32,000 nucleotides of DNA from Geotalea uraniireducens Rf4 (GCF_000016745.1 NC_009483.1:1200001-1232000), one strand, 5' to 3'. Shown: positions 1 to 9,353, numbered from the stretch's first letter. Numbers and translations are program-made. Notes: a model not told the origin generated them from the letters alone.

Positions 1-879
1 CGAAAGCACACCGCCTGTCTTCGACTCGGCAAATTTCCCACACTCAAGGATGAGGCGGTACAGACGAACCTCCAACTCCAGCTCTCTGCCGGCAGCCGAA
101 AACTTTCGGGCACCCCGGGCGGCAATCTCCAAACCTTCGTGGTCAGCGTCGCCAAAATACAGAATCCGTGAATGCCCGAACTCTTCCATGATCGGCAAAA
201 TCCCCTCAACAACCGAGGCAAAACCATTGCCGCGGCCATACACGACAAACCCCCATATACCGGCTTCACGGTTGAACCTCTTCACCACATCATAGGTTGT
301 CGAGTTCTCAATACATACTCCGGGCAGCTTCTCACTTCCCAGAGGGCCTCGTTCCCAAGCGGCCGGCTCCGGCACATAGTAGCAAGACAGGGCGTCGAGG
401 GTAATCAGACTGGACTTGAACGCCTGCGCGCCGATCAGGGCATCCAGCATCTTTTCGTCGCCGAAGATCTCCAGCGATCGCTCCCTGACAGGAACCGAGT
501 CCCGGATAAAGTTTCGGGTTTCCTTGAGCCACTTGTCAATCTTCAGCCATGGAGAGTCGGCAAGCTCTTTCTTCGAAGAGAGAAAGCTAAGCTCAGGAGA
601 CCAGATGACATGCTCGGCGTATTGTCTTACAACCTTGGTCCGCGGGCGATTGATCCATTTCGGCAAGTGGGGCAGCGCGCTACGATCCCAGCTGGTTGTC
701 ATCCTGGGGAACTCGATGAACTCCGCATCTTTGATAGCATCAAGCATACTGCGCAACAAGGTCCTCTGTTCTCCTGGAGGAACAGTAGCCACTTCCGACA
801 AAATCATCCATATCTTGTCCAACATTGTCTTGCCGTAGGGAAGGGCTTCCAGCAATCGGCCGGTCTCAGGACGTTGCAT
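1..879 (-). CDS. jetD: JetD-like Wadjet subunit (Toprim domain); N-terminal ~293 codons present, C-terminus cut by the window edge
   Basis: Absent from the ORF track because there is no in-window stop. Hand translation of the minus strand from ATG at 879 (MQRPETGRLLEALPYGK...) stays open to position 1. It contains Toprim-style acidic motifs CIENSTTY and YFGDADHEGLEIA, as in JetD/MksG. The start overlaps the jetC stop by 14 nt. Confidence 0.75.
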   Translation of the reverse strand, partial: MQRPETGRLLEALPYGKTMLDKIWMILSEVATVPPGEQRTLLRSMLDAIKDAEFIEFPRMTTSWDRSALPHLPKWINRPRTKVVRQYAEHVIWSPELSFLSSKKELADSPWLKIDKWLKETRNFIRDSVPVRERSLEIFGDEKMLDALIGAQAFKSSLITLDALSCYYVPEPAAWERGPLGSEKLPGVCIENSTTYDVVKRFNREAGIWGFVVYGRGNGFASVVEGILPIMEEFGHSRILYFGDADHEGLEIAARGARKFSAAGRELELEVRLYRLILECGKFAESKTGGVLS

Positions 880-3800
880 GTGGGACCTCCCGCGAAATCT
901 CAAGTGTCGCTATTTCCCCCTCGTTGTAAACCGTCTTTTCGTACCTGACGATAGGCTTGCCGGTGCTTTTGATGATGCCGTCCGTGCCGCCTTTCCTGAT
1001 CATGATGTTAAGCGGAAACAGCCGGCGGATATCTTCGTTTTCGGTCGGAGTGCAAGCGACTATTTGAACGCCGTATTGACGCGTCAGGGCTATTACCAGA
1101 CGAATGAAATCGATGTTGGTACATGACCCAAAGGGGTTGTCGAGCAGCATTACGTTGCCACCCTGGCCGTCGACCGACAGCAGGTTGCATATAGCCAGGT
1201 AAAAAAGCACTGCCCCGGACAGCCTTTCTCCGCCGGACCAGGCGTTTAGGCCGGTCGGGTGCTCTATCCCCTTGTAGACTGTCGTGGGCGAAGTGTCCGG
1301 TTTGAGCGTCTCGATGATATAAGCCTTACCGAGAACGGCTGACAGGGCGGTATGGATTATCTCGTCTCCAGCGGGGAGGACTCCGGGTATCTGCGAGATC
1401 ATGGTTACCGTATCGGCAATCGCCTGCCGTGAGGTATCGCTATCGATTTCGATGCGGGTCCGGAACTGGATGAATGGTTTGCCGGACCACTCTGCCCAGA
1501 TACCACCGAGAGCCGGTACCTTGCTGCGGGTGGCGAGTTTGCTGAGATACCCGAAAGCCTTCTTGACGTCCAGCACGACCTGCTCGACAACCTTCTGCTC
1601 GTTTCTCTCATGCTGGCTCAGTTCAAATTTCAACGACTCTATGGCGTTGTGGATCCTGTCAAGGAAACCCGTCACGTCTTCCTTCAGCACTCCACCGGAC
1701 CTGCGCTGCTCTTCCTTGATCAGCGAGCCCATGGAGGCGATCGGCGCGCACAGGTCCTGATCCAGAAGCTCGGCGAGATCAATGTTGAGAGCGCCCAGGT
1801 CACGACCCAGTGAGTCCCGCTCTGTCGACGCCAGCTTCTCCGCCTTTTTAGCGGCAGCGAGGTCCTGCTGTGCTTCCTGGAAATTCGCGTAGGGAGCGCA
1901 GACCTCATCCGCCACCTGGAGGTCCGAAGCAAGAGTAGAAAGCAACTGGACCTGGTACTCGGCACTTGCCAGATCAGCCGCTCTGTTGGCTACGGCCTCG
2001 CTGCGTGCAGCGACTGCCGCCGTCAGTTCCTCTATGGCGGTGGAAAGCCACGCCTCCCGGGTGCGGCCCTCGACCTGTTCCAGGGAGCATGGGATGACCG
2101 GGAGATTAAAGTGAGCTTTTTTATGGCTCTCCTCTTCCTTGGCGAGCGTGTCTCTGGCCTGCTTCGCCGTGACCTGGGACTCGTATGCTTCATTTTTTTC
2201 CTGAACAGCTCTCTGATAATCATCTTCCGTGGCTACGGTGCTGGCCACCTGCCAGCGGGCATTGGACAGTGCGTCAGCTGTCAAGCCGCCGTGGCGTCTA
2301 TCCCAGCTCCGTTGGCGCTCCTCATAGGTCTTTTGCGCGGCGTCAAACATCGCCTGCATGCGCAGGTACTCCTCGTTGGCATTGGCCGATTCCAGTGCCC
2401 GGCTCTTTCCGGAGTGCAGCTCCCTTGCCGAAGCGGTGTTGGTGGCCAGTGTCCGGAAGATGTCGGTTGGGGCCTTTCGTATGCCGCCCAGCTTGTTCAG
2501 CTCGCTCGTGATACCAGATGCGAGAGCACGACCCTTCTCGGCCGCATCGCGAGCCTCCCTTTCGACACCTTCAGAAACCAGAATCCGCTCTTCCAACAGC
2601 TCAACGGCCCGGCCCGTTGAGCTGTTGGCCAAAGAGAGCTGTTGCATGCGCCGGAGGCGGTCGTCCCGTCCCTGCTCGTACCTGGCGATGTGCTTACTTA
2701 CCTGCTGGATAAGCGGTTCCAGCTTCCGGATAGCGTCGGCAAGCATGTCGCAGGTATTTTTCACCTGAGCCAAAAGTTCAAGCACCGCCGCGTGCTTTTC
2801 AGTCAGGGTCCCGATCTCGGAACTGCACGCCTGGATCGCGTTATCCAGCCTGACGAGATCACCCTTAAACAGCGCTTCCGAGCTCTCATTGTAGCCACCC
2901 AGAAAAGAGACCAGAGCATCACGGGACTCAGCGGCCGCATCGCGAGCTGTCTTGATGATAGCGATCTTCGCTTCCATAGAGCCGATTTCGCCCCTGGCAG
3001 TGGTACAGAACCTTTCGGCCTCTTTCCGGTCAATAGCAAGCGCTGCATCGGGAAATACTACAAATCCGCTCTCTTCGCGGCTCTTTATTGCGACGGAGTA
3101 GTCCGATACGGCAACCGGCGCAAGGACGTTGCAGGCGGCAAGGATTTCGCGAGCCTTTTCCAGGGCGACCGGACCCGAAACCGCGACCCCACCGACACGG
3201 AAAGGGTCCTTTCCCAGTTCCCGGACGGCTTCCTCGGGAGCTCTGTTCTGCTGGGAGAATACTTGCCAGTACGAGTGGGCATCGAGCTTCGCCGAGCGCA
3301 GAGCATCGAGAACAGTCTCCACGTCCATGGACGATGGGAGCAAGCCGCCGTTTTTTTCAATCGCCTGAATGCGCTCTTCCCGGCTCGCGATGTCGCATTC
3401 CAGCTTCCGGATGTCGATCTCGCAGGAGGCGACGCTTCCCTTCAATCTGGAGTCCAGCCCGGTAAGAAACAGGTTTGGCGTATCCAGCTGGAAAAGACCC
3501 TTTATCCCCGGCATTTCCGCTACTGAGGCGTACCTTTTCTGGAAATCTTCAAAAGCGGCCCATGCTTTGCCACGCTCTTTCCCGAGAGCTTCCAGCTTCT
3601 CATTATGGTCCTTCAGGCGGTGCTCGACCGACACCAATTCGGCCTTGAGGTCGGCCTGTTCATTTTGTGCCGACACCAGACGCCCCTTCAGGTCGGCCGA
3701 CTCGGCCTCCAACGCCGCCAGTCTTGGTTGCACCTGCGTGCCGTCCTGGAGGCCCGATTCATGCCAAGGGATTGCCGCCAGCGACCGGGCCCGCTCATCC

Positions 3801-5242
3801 TCCACCCCTTGCAGCATTGCCTGTTCTTTTTTCTGTCCTGCGAGCTCGGCAAGCAGCTCCTGTTTTTCGTTGACCAGCCCTTTTCTTGCCTCGACAGCCT
3901 CCCGCTCATCAGCCTCCAGCTTCTTTACCGCTGTAGAGGCAGCGTTTAGGTCTTGGACCAGGTATTCAGCCAGCAACTGCTCGGCCATGGCCAGCTCGTC
4001 GGCCAGGTTTCGCGTTGGTTCCGCAAGCGCATCCAGCCGGCGTGATAGATCGTCGCGGGTGGTCTTTGCGTTCATAACCTCGACCTGGTCGACCACCGCC
4101 CGCATGGCAGTGACCAGCGCGGATTTCTTTCCAAGCTGCTCCGTGATCTCCTGATATTGCGCCCTGGCGGCTTGACTGGCGAGACTTGCCAGGCGCTCGA
4201 TCACCCCGCGCAGTTCTGCCTGCATCTCCCCAAGATTCTTCTTTTCAGCGGCCAGTATGGCCTTGTCCGCGGCTTGGATTTGGGATAGATCTGCCACCTT
4301 TTGCGATTCCACTGCAAGGGTAGCGTTGATCCGGGCCGCTACGGTACCGAGTTCTGCGACGGCTTTGGCGAAGGCTTGATCGGCGACCATGAGCTTTGCC
4401 GCCACAGGTTCCATCTTGGAGAACAATTCGGACAGTGCGTTGTAGGCGGTGATCTGAGCGCGGGTCATCGGAGCCAAGCTGATTGAATCTCGGTGCTGGA
4501 CCAGCATGTCCCTAAGCCGCGCCGTGGAATTGCTGTCCATGACTTCCTTGGTGATCATCCCGAGGACGGCCTCCTGGCTGCAATACCGTTTCAAAAAGGC
4601 TCCGGGGTCACCTTCGCTCATGGTGAACATCTGCATCAGCCGGAAGATGTCGATATTGAAGCCGAGGGACCGCAGATAGTTCTGCCAGTATTCCATCTTG
4701 TCTGTCGGGCCGAAAAACTCCCGCCAAGGTTGTTTACCGAAGGTCTCCTTGAGATACTTCTTTGCCTCACTGATGGTCCGGCAGTATGCCTTTACTCGGT
4801 GAGGAATGGACGAGGTGATCGGCAAATCATCTATCCCCAGCTCATCGTCGGCTATGAAAGAAAAGAAATATGTTTCGTACTCGTACTTCTCCCTGTTGGT
4901 GAATTGCGTAAATCGGCCGATGACCCTGGTCCTCTGGCGCCCGCCCAGTGGTATCTGGCTGTTAGGGATAGACCACTCCGACGCGATGAAGGCAATTTCG
5001 TTTTCCTCGAAGTAATACTCGAACCTGCGGCCGGTATTGTCCTGATAGCTCATCAGTTCGCGTCTCTGCGGAAGGAACAGTGAGAACAGCAGGTGAACCT
5101 GCGTTGTCTTGCCTCCGCCATTGCCGGTAAGAACCAGGCTGTTTTTTGCCTCCCCGTCACGGGCGAGGCTATACCCGAGGCCGTCGATCCGTGCGTCGGA
5201 ATAGCCGACTTTTGAGAACCTGACGGATAGAAGGTTAGGCAT
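866..5242 (-). CDS. jetC: SMC/ABC-type ATPase with very long coiled-coil, JetC/MksB-like (1458 aa)
   Basis: N-terminal Walker A GNGGGKTT. Huge central E/A/L/K/R/Q-rich region typical of coiled coil. C-terminal signature WSGGER and Walker B-like VMLLDNPFG. GGGGAGG RBS before ATG 5242. Overlaps jetB by 8 nt and jetD by 14 nt. Confidence 0.8.
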   Translation of the reverse strand: MPNLLSVRFSKVGYSDARIDGLGYSLARDGEAKNSLVLTGNGGGKTTQVHLLFSLFLPQRRELMSYQDNTGRRFEYYFEENEIAFIASEWSIPNSQIPLGGRQRTRVIGRFTQFTNREKYEYETYFFSFIADDELGIDDLPITSSIPHRVKAYCRTISEAKKYLKETFGKQPWREFFGPTDKMEYWQNYLRSLGFNIDIFRLMQMFTMSEGDPGAFLKRYCSQEAVLGMITKEVMDSNSTARLRDMLVQHRDSISLAPMTRAQITAYNALSELFSKMEPVAAKLMVADQAFAKAVAELGTVAARINATLAVESQKVADLSQIQAADKAILAAEKKNLGEMQAELRGVIERLASLASQAARAQYQEITEQLGKKSALVTAMRAVVDQVEVMNAKTTRDDLSRRLDALAEPTRNLADELAMAEQLLAEYLVQDLNAASTAVKKLEADEREAVEARKGLVNEKQELLAELAGQKKEQAMLQGVEDERARSLAAIPWHESGLQDGTQVQPRLAALEAESADLKGRLVSAQNEQADLKAELVSVEHRLKDHNEKLEALGKERGKAWAAFEDFQKRYASVAEMPGIKGLFQLDTPNLFLTGLDSRLKGSVASCEIDIRKLECDIASREERIQAIEKNGGLLPSSMDVETVLDALRSAKLDAHSYWQVFSQQNRAPEEAVRELGKDPFRVGGVAVSGPVALEKAREILAACNVLAPVAVSDYSVAIKSREESGFVVFPDAALAIDRKEAERFCTTARGEIGSMEAKIAIIKTARDAAAESRDALVSFLGGYNESSEALFKGDLVRLDNAIQACSSEIGTLTEKHAAVLELLAQVKNTCDMLADAIRKLEPLIQQVSKHIARYEQGRDDRLRRMQQLSLANSSTGRAVELLEERILVSEGVEREARDAAEKGRALASGITSELNKLGGIRKAPTDIFRTLATNTASARELHSGKSRALESANANEEYLRMQAMFDAAQKTYEERQRSWDRRHGGLTADALSNARWQVASTVATEDDYQRAVQEKNEAYESQVTAKQARDTLAKEEESHKKAHFNLPVIPCSLEQVEGRTREAWLSTAIEELTAAVAARSEAVANRAADLASAEYQVQLLSTLASDLQVADEVCAPYANFQEAQQDLAAAKKAEKLASTERDSLGRDLGALNIDLAELLDQDLCAPIASMGSLIKEEQRRSGGVLKEDVTGFLDRIHNAIESLKFELSQHERNEQKVVEQVVLDVKKAFGYLSKLATRSKVPALGGIWAEWSGKPFIQFRTRIEIDSDTSRQAIADTVTMISQIPGVLPAGDEIIHTALSAVLGKAYIIETLKPDTSPTTVYKGIEHPTGLNAWSGGERLSGAVLFYLAICNLLSVDGQGGNVMLLDNPFGSCTNIDFIRLVIALTRQYGVQIVACTPTENEDIRRLFPLNIMIRKGGTDGIIKSTGKPIVRYEKTVYNEGEIATLEISREVPHATS

Positions 5243-5984
5243 GGGACACCTCCCCGACGGCTTTATCTTGCAGCGCCCTCGATTTCTCGACGGCGTCTTT
5301 GATGACGTCCACTATGGCGGTAGCGCTTTCATCGGCGAGCAGTTTTCGCAGTCTGAACAGCGTCTTATAGGTGCCGCCATCCTCATCTCCGTCTTTCACC
5401 ATTTGCCCTTGGGTCACGAAAGTTTCGAAGGCCTCAATCAGTCGCCCGCGCAGGGTACGGTGTCTAGCCTTCTCGGACTTGCTGCTAAAGGATTCAGCCT
5501 TGATCCTTTCCACGATTATGGCAGCTTCCGTAAATCCTTTGTACTGGGGGTCCTCCGTCTTGGCCAAGGCCGCGGATGAGCTCACCAGCAGGTCGTACGC
5601 GTCATTGATAGTCACCGTCTGCACGGCCTCCGAGATCAATGACTGCTGGCGCTCATAGGCGCAGGCGAGGATGGCAGCGTTGCAAAGCCCCCTGATCAGC
5701 CTAGCTTCGGAGCCTGGCTCCTTGAGAAGATCATTTCTCTTCGGCATGAAGATGGAATCCCGTTCCGGTGCAATCGCCAGGACGATTCCTTCCATGACGA
5801 CGTCGACGATGATCAGGCCGAATTGCCCTGCCATTTCCTTGGCCGCGGTCCTGGTACCCCCTGCATTGGTTTGGTAGGCTGCGACCAGAGCCTGGAGACG
5901 TTGTGCCGGCGGTCGCCGGCTCGGCACCAGCCCGGCCTCTATGATAGCCGAAGCGTCGCGAACCGCTTCTATAGTGATGTTCAT
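5235..5984 (-). CDS. jetB: JetB/MksE-like small subunit (249 aa), assigned mainly by operon position
   Basis: ATGA overlap with the upstream gene. GAGGAG RBS. The size and its position between the ~510-aa and SMC-like genes match Wadjet architecture. I could not name any motif. Confidence 0.55.
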   Translation of the reverse strand: MNITIEAVRDASAIIEAGLVPSRRPPAQRLQALVAAYQTNAGGTRTAAKEMAGQFGLIIVDVVMEGIVLAIAPERDSIFMPKRNDLLKEPGSEARLIRGLCNAAILACAYERQQSLISEAVQTVTINDAYDLLVSSSAALAKTEDPQYKGFTEAAIIVERIKAESFSSKSEKARHRTLRGRLIEAFETFVTQGQMVKDGDEDGGTYKTLFRLRKLLADESATAIVDVIKDAVEKSRALQDKAVGEVSHA

Positions 5985-7507
5985 GGACTGGTCTCCTCTC
6001 GGGCAATCAGATAGTCGTCACCGCTGCATGAAGCACATGCGTATCTTCCGTAGGTACGGGTAGGTTTTAGAGCCCCCTCGATCAGCTTGCGGTGTACCCA
6101 GGCGTTACTTACCATCAGCGCAACGCAGATAGCTTCCTCGTAATACGCCTCCTCGCAAAGATCCCTGGTGATTTGAGAGAGGGTAGCGGGGGATGATTCA
6201 CAGTTTTCCAGAAGCGTATGCCTGGCTTTCTGGATGGTTTCGGCGTCGAAGATGGAGAGCGTTACGGAGTCCTCGTCCATGCACTCCAGGCCGACGCTGT
6301 TGTCCCGAATCTCCTCCTGTGTCGTTGGCTTGAGGAGGATTTCGGTCGATGCGATAGGATCAAACAGCACGGGAGAAATGGGCGAAGCGCACCCGAAATT
6401 GATGGCATCGCAGACTTTCCCGAACTGGTCCCTGTCGGTCACTTGATAAAAAAGCGGCAGGAACACGTCATCACGCATGGACGGCAGGGGGATATGCCGG
6501 GATGCGAACCCTTGGGATTCGATACATTTGTGGTAGAGCCGGGGCAGCTCAATCATTATAGCCTGAAGCTCGCGGTATGCTGTCCGGGATTGCCGGATAA
6601 CCATCAACACCTTTTCCGCCAGTGACTGCTTGTCGCGCGGCAACGCCTCGAAATTATCATCGAGGTGTGATTCCAGCTCCGTTACGCTGGACATGGCATC
6701 GTCGACTTCGTTCTGGGTCTTTTCGATGAGCGGCATGACATCGGCGGACCAGCCCTGGCGCCCGGCATCGGAAAGGATTTTGCGCCGGAACTGCTGGATC
6801 TCGACGCAATACTGTTTAGTCACCCGCTGGTGCTCCAGGGCGCTTTGCAGAGCGGCATGGTACTCCCCGCGCCTGATCTGCCTCTGAATCACTGCCGCGA
6901 ACGCCGCCTGAGCATCGCCGATCGACTGAGTGAGGGTCCCCAGGTAAAGGGTCAGGCAAGCCGTAGTCGGCTTGACGTGAATGCCGCCTTTCCCAGTACT
7001 CTTTTCGCGTTCTTCTAGCAGCGAATGTTGAAAATCGTAGAAAAGGCCCATTTCCGTATTAAACAGGCGGTCGATCTTCTTTCCCATCCCCTTCTTGCAC
7101 AGCAGCTTGTCGACGATCCCTCTACTCCAGGCTTCAATCTCGGAACGCCATGGCATCGTATCGATAGATTTCTCCGCCCGGAGAGCTTGAAATTGGTTTT
7201 CCAGGTCGGCAGTGACCTGCTCAACCAGGTCATGGACGGTCAGATTGCTGTCTTCGATATCCAGCAGTTTCAGCGAATCGATCACGTGCCCGACGGCCAT
7301 CAGGCCGACAGTGAATGGGTCGATCAGGGAAAACGGAGGAGAAGAGGATTGGGCAATTATGGTTGCTATCGTCGATAAGGTCGCTATGGTTTGCGCCCGG
7401 GTAGTGAGTGCCGCAGCTTCGATTTTATCGAATTCGCCCCTGTCCACCTCCTGCGAGAAGGCGTCCGGCCCGGAGCCGAATAGCGACATTTGGTTACGAT
7501 CTGGCAT
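5981..7507 (-). CDS. jetA: JetA/MksF-like kleisin-type subunit (about 508 aa)
   Basis: First gene of the four-gene operon. The track starts it at a TTG (7531), but ATG at 7507 (MPDRNQMSLF...) is preceded by AGAGGA 6 nt upstream. Size and position fit JetA. No diagnostic motif recognised. Confidence 0.55.
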   Translation of the reverse strand: MPDRNQMSLFGSGPDAFSQEVDRGEFDKIEAAALTTRAQTIATLSTIATIIAQSSSPPFSLIDPFTVGLMAVGHVIDSLKLLDIEDSNLTVHDLVEQVTADLENQFQALRAEKSIDTMPWRSEIEAWSRGIVDKLLCKKGMGKKIDRLFNTEMGLFYDFQHSLLEEREKSTGKGGIHVKPTTACLTLYLGTLTQSIGDAQAAFAAVIQRQIRRGEYHAALQSALEHQRVTKQYCVEIQQFRRKILSDAGRQGWSADVMPLIEKTQNEVDDAMSSVTELESHLDDNFEALPRDKQSLAEKVLMVIRQSRTAYRELQAIMIELPRLYHKCIESQGFASRHIPLPSMRDDVFLPLFYQVTDRDQFGKVCDAINFGCASPISPVLFDPIASTEILLKPTTQEEIRDNSVGLECMDEDSVTLSIFDAETIQKARHTLLENCESSPATLSQITRDLCEEAYYEEAICVALMVSNAWVHRKLIEGALKPTRTYGRYACASCSGDDYLIAREETSP

Positions 7508-7783
7508 GGTTCCTCTTTTACAACTGGTCAATATGAGGGCGCAACATTAGACGATGACAGAGGAAATCGGTGGCCGGCTTCGTTCGATTCAGCGAATCAT
7601 CCAGGCGGTATGGCAGCAAGGTCAGCTTGAAGCCGTTCTCGTAGCCCCCGAGTTTAGGGGACCGAGTTCTTTTCTATTTTTCTATCGATGTCAATTGAGT
7701 GAATTGGGCCACGAGAAAAGAAGAAAGGCAGCCCTCTAAACGGGACAAATCCCTTCCTCATTCCCTATCAAACCCAACCTTCC

Positions 7784-7830
7784 GCTTCTTCCCCTCCGGC
7801 GGCGTTACCAACTGCCAGAGGGGAAGAAGC
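7784..7830 (-). terminator. 13-bp perfect inverted repeat (GCTTCTTCCCCTC / GAGGGGAAGAAGC, 21-nt loop) just downstream of the 385-aa gene
   Basis: Read directly. The stem lies 12 nt after the stop at 7842. No clean T-tract follows on the minus strand, so intrinsic-terminator status is uncertain. Confidence 0.35.
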
Positions 7831-7841
7831 CCAGCCCGAAT

Positions 7842-8999
7842 TCATGCCGCATGCCGCCACTCGTAGCGCACCTTAAGAGATTTGTTCAAACGTGAATCCC
7901 ACCGCAGCAACCCTTCATTCTGCAGCCGGCCAACGATGATGCCGGGCGCTATCCCCAGCTGGTCGGCGAGCGCGTTTATCGCAACCTCGGATTTCTGCAT
8001 TGCAGCCAGGCTTCGGGAATAATGGGGAGGTATCAGCCAGTCTCTGGCAAACTCGTTGGCCTCCTCTTCATGCTCGTTACTGAGTGCACCTTCCATTTCG
8101 ATGAAGCGCAGCCGCTTGCCATGGCGCAGCAGGTGTCCCGCCTCATGGAAGAACGAAAACCAGAAATGATCATTGGTCTTATGCCGGAGGTTCAGCATCA
8201 ACAGAGCCTTGTCCTGGGATAGCCACAGCGTGGCCCCGCTGGCGGGACATCCCTTCGGCGCCGGCTCGACTACCACGGCAACACCGGTTTTCGCACATGC
8301 TTCAATTAATTTAGGAATGAATATATCAGGGTCAGGTTCTCGGGTCAGTGTCCGCAACGCCCCAAGGGCTTCTTTGAATGCCGATCTTTCATACGGTTCT
8401 GTCTTTAAGGTAGCTGCGCTCCTCTCCCCCTGTCGGAGCCACGCAGCAACTGAACCGGCATGCTTGTCAAATTTATCGGAAGAACGAAAAGCCGCCAATG
8501 GCTCGCCATATTCCTTTCTCCACAAATCAACCGTCGCAACACCAAAGAACCGCAAGCATTCGGCAACCTGCTCCCCCTTGTCGGCAAAGGCCCGAATCCA
8601 ACCGAAGGTGATCATCTCTTTCAGAGGAAGTTCCTTGAGCCAGTCCGCTACAACCTTCAACGAATCCCTTTCAGTCACGCGCACCAGCCCTTCCCTATAC
8701 TGGGCTTCACGGGCAAGCCAGAAGTGGGCTGTACTGCCGACAACCCGCTCCAGCTTGATGGCAGTATCTTCAGTTATCGGTGCCTTCCCGTTGATCAGCA
8801 GACTGATATGCTTGGTGGTATAGCCGGTACGTTTGGCCAGCTCGGTCTGTTTCCAGCCGTGCTCTTCAAGAAGATCGAGAATCGTTTCCCCTGGCGGAGA
8901 GATCCAGTCGGGAGAGAATTTGTCACCAAGCTGCTTTGTCATGAGTCGTTGTTGTTCACAGAGGGCTTGAAGGTCAGAGGAGGAAAACTCAATATCCAT
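7842..8999 (-). CDS. XRE/HigA-type HTH fused to ImmA/IrrE-family zinc metallopeptidase (385 aa)
   Basis: HTH segment PPGETILDLLEEHGWKQTELAKRTGYTTKHISLLINGKAPIT...FWL. C-terminal HEXXH (FFHEAGHLL) followed by EEEANEFA, typical of ImmA/IrrE peptidases. Confidence 0.85.
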   Translation of the reverse strand: MDIEFSSSDLQALCEQQRLMTKQLGDKFSPDWISPPGETILDLLEEHGWKQTELAKRTGYTTKHISLLINGKAPITEDTAIKLERVVGSTAHFWLAREAQYREGLVRVTERDSLKVVADWLKELPLKEMITFGWIRAFADKGEQVAECLRFFGVATVDLWRKEYGEPLAAFRSSDKFDKHAGSVAAWLRQGERSAATLKTEPYERSAFKEALGALRTLTREPDPDIFIPKLIEACAKTGVAVVVEPAPKGCPASGATLWLSQDKALLMLNLRHKTNDHFWFSFFHEAGHLLRHGKRLRFIEMEGALSNEHEEEANEFARDWLIPPHYSRSLAAMQKSEVAINALADQLGIAPGIIVGRLQNEGLLRWDSRLNKSLKVRYEWRHAA

Positions 9000-9021
9000 T
9001 CGGATACCCTTTTGTAATATA

Positions 9022-9040
9022 GTTTACCAAAAAGGTAAAC
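9022..9040. promoter_or_regulatory. Perfect palindrome GTTTACC-AAAAA-GGTAAAC, 23 nt upstream of the HTH-peptidase start
   Basis: Read directly. The position fits an autoregulatory operator for the adjacent HTH protein. Confidence 0.4.
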
Positions 9041-9170
9041 ACTTTTTTTTCAATTTAGGTGTGAAAAAAATCTGGTGATATTCTCTCTGCCGACTTTCCG
9101 TCAACTCCTGCTCTGTAATATGCTTCGGCATAGGACACTCTTTCTGTCTCGGAACAGCTTTCGTGACGAT

Positions 9171-9198
9171 ATAATACGCTAATCGTCACAAAAATCAA
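9171..9198 (-). promoter_or_regulatory. Candidate sigma-70 promoter (minus strand): -35 TTGATT, 16-nt spacer, -10 TATTAT, embedded in an 8-bp inverted repeat GTGACGAT/ATCGTCAC (9163-9170, 9182-9189)
   Basis: Hexamers and spacing read from the reverse complement. It points toward the HTH-peptidase gene. No experimental support. Confidence 0.35.
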
Positions 9199-9353
9199 TT
9201 TTGCGACATTAAAATTCGGCCTGTCAGTACGAAGCTTGGAGTGAATCCGGGACGGGGGGAATCCGGGCGAGGATAGGTTTCCGCAATCATGCCAAAAGGT
9301 TGAAAGGTCGGATATAAGTCAGCGTTGTCCGGTGAGGTCCTTGCAATCTACAT

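Noticed and set aside
172-948. 258-aa plus-strand ORF from the track at the left edge
   Set aside because: It is antisense to an uninterrupted minus-strand frame that carries JetD Toprim motifs and is translationally coupled to jetC. The plus-strand product has no recognisable motif and an R/P/G-rich composition typical of antisense frames in GC-rich DNA.
2642-4154. Several 260-294-aa plus-strand ORFs inside jetC
   Set aside because: These are antisense shadows of the coiled-coil region. The products are low-complexity and S/R/A-rich, with no RBS or motif support.
7554-7739. 61-aa plus-strand ORF between jetA and the HTH-peptidase gene
   Set aside because: It has no RBS and no motif, and it lies in the region expected to hold the jet promoter and the upstream gene's terminator.
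9170-9175. Plus-strand TATAAT hexamer as a promoter for a plus-strand small RNA
   Set aside because: There is no acceptable -35 at 16-18 bp, and no plus-strand gene or terminator downstream. The overlapping minus-strand -35/-10 pair is the better reading.
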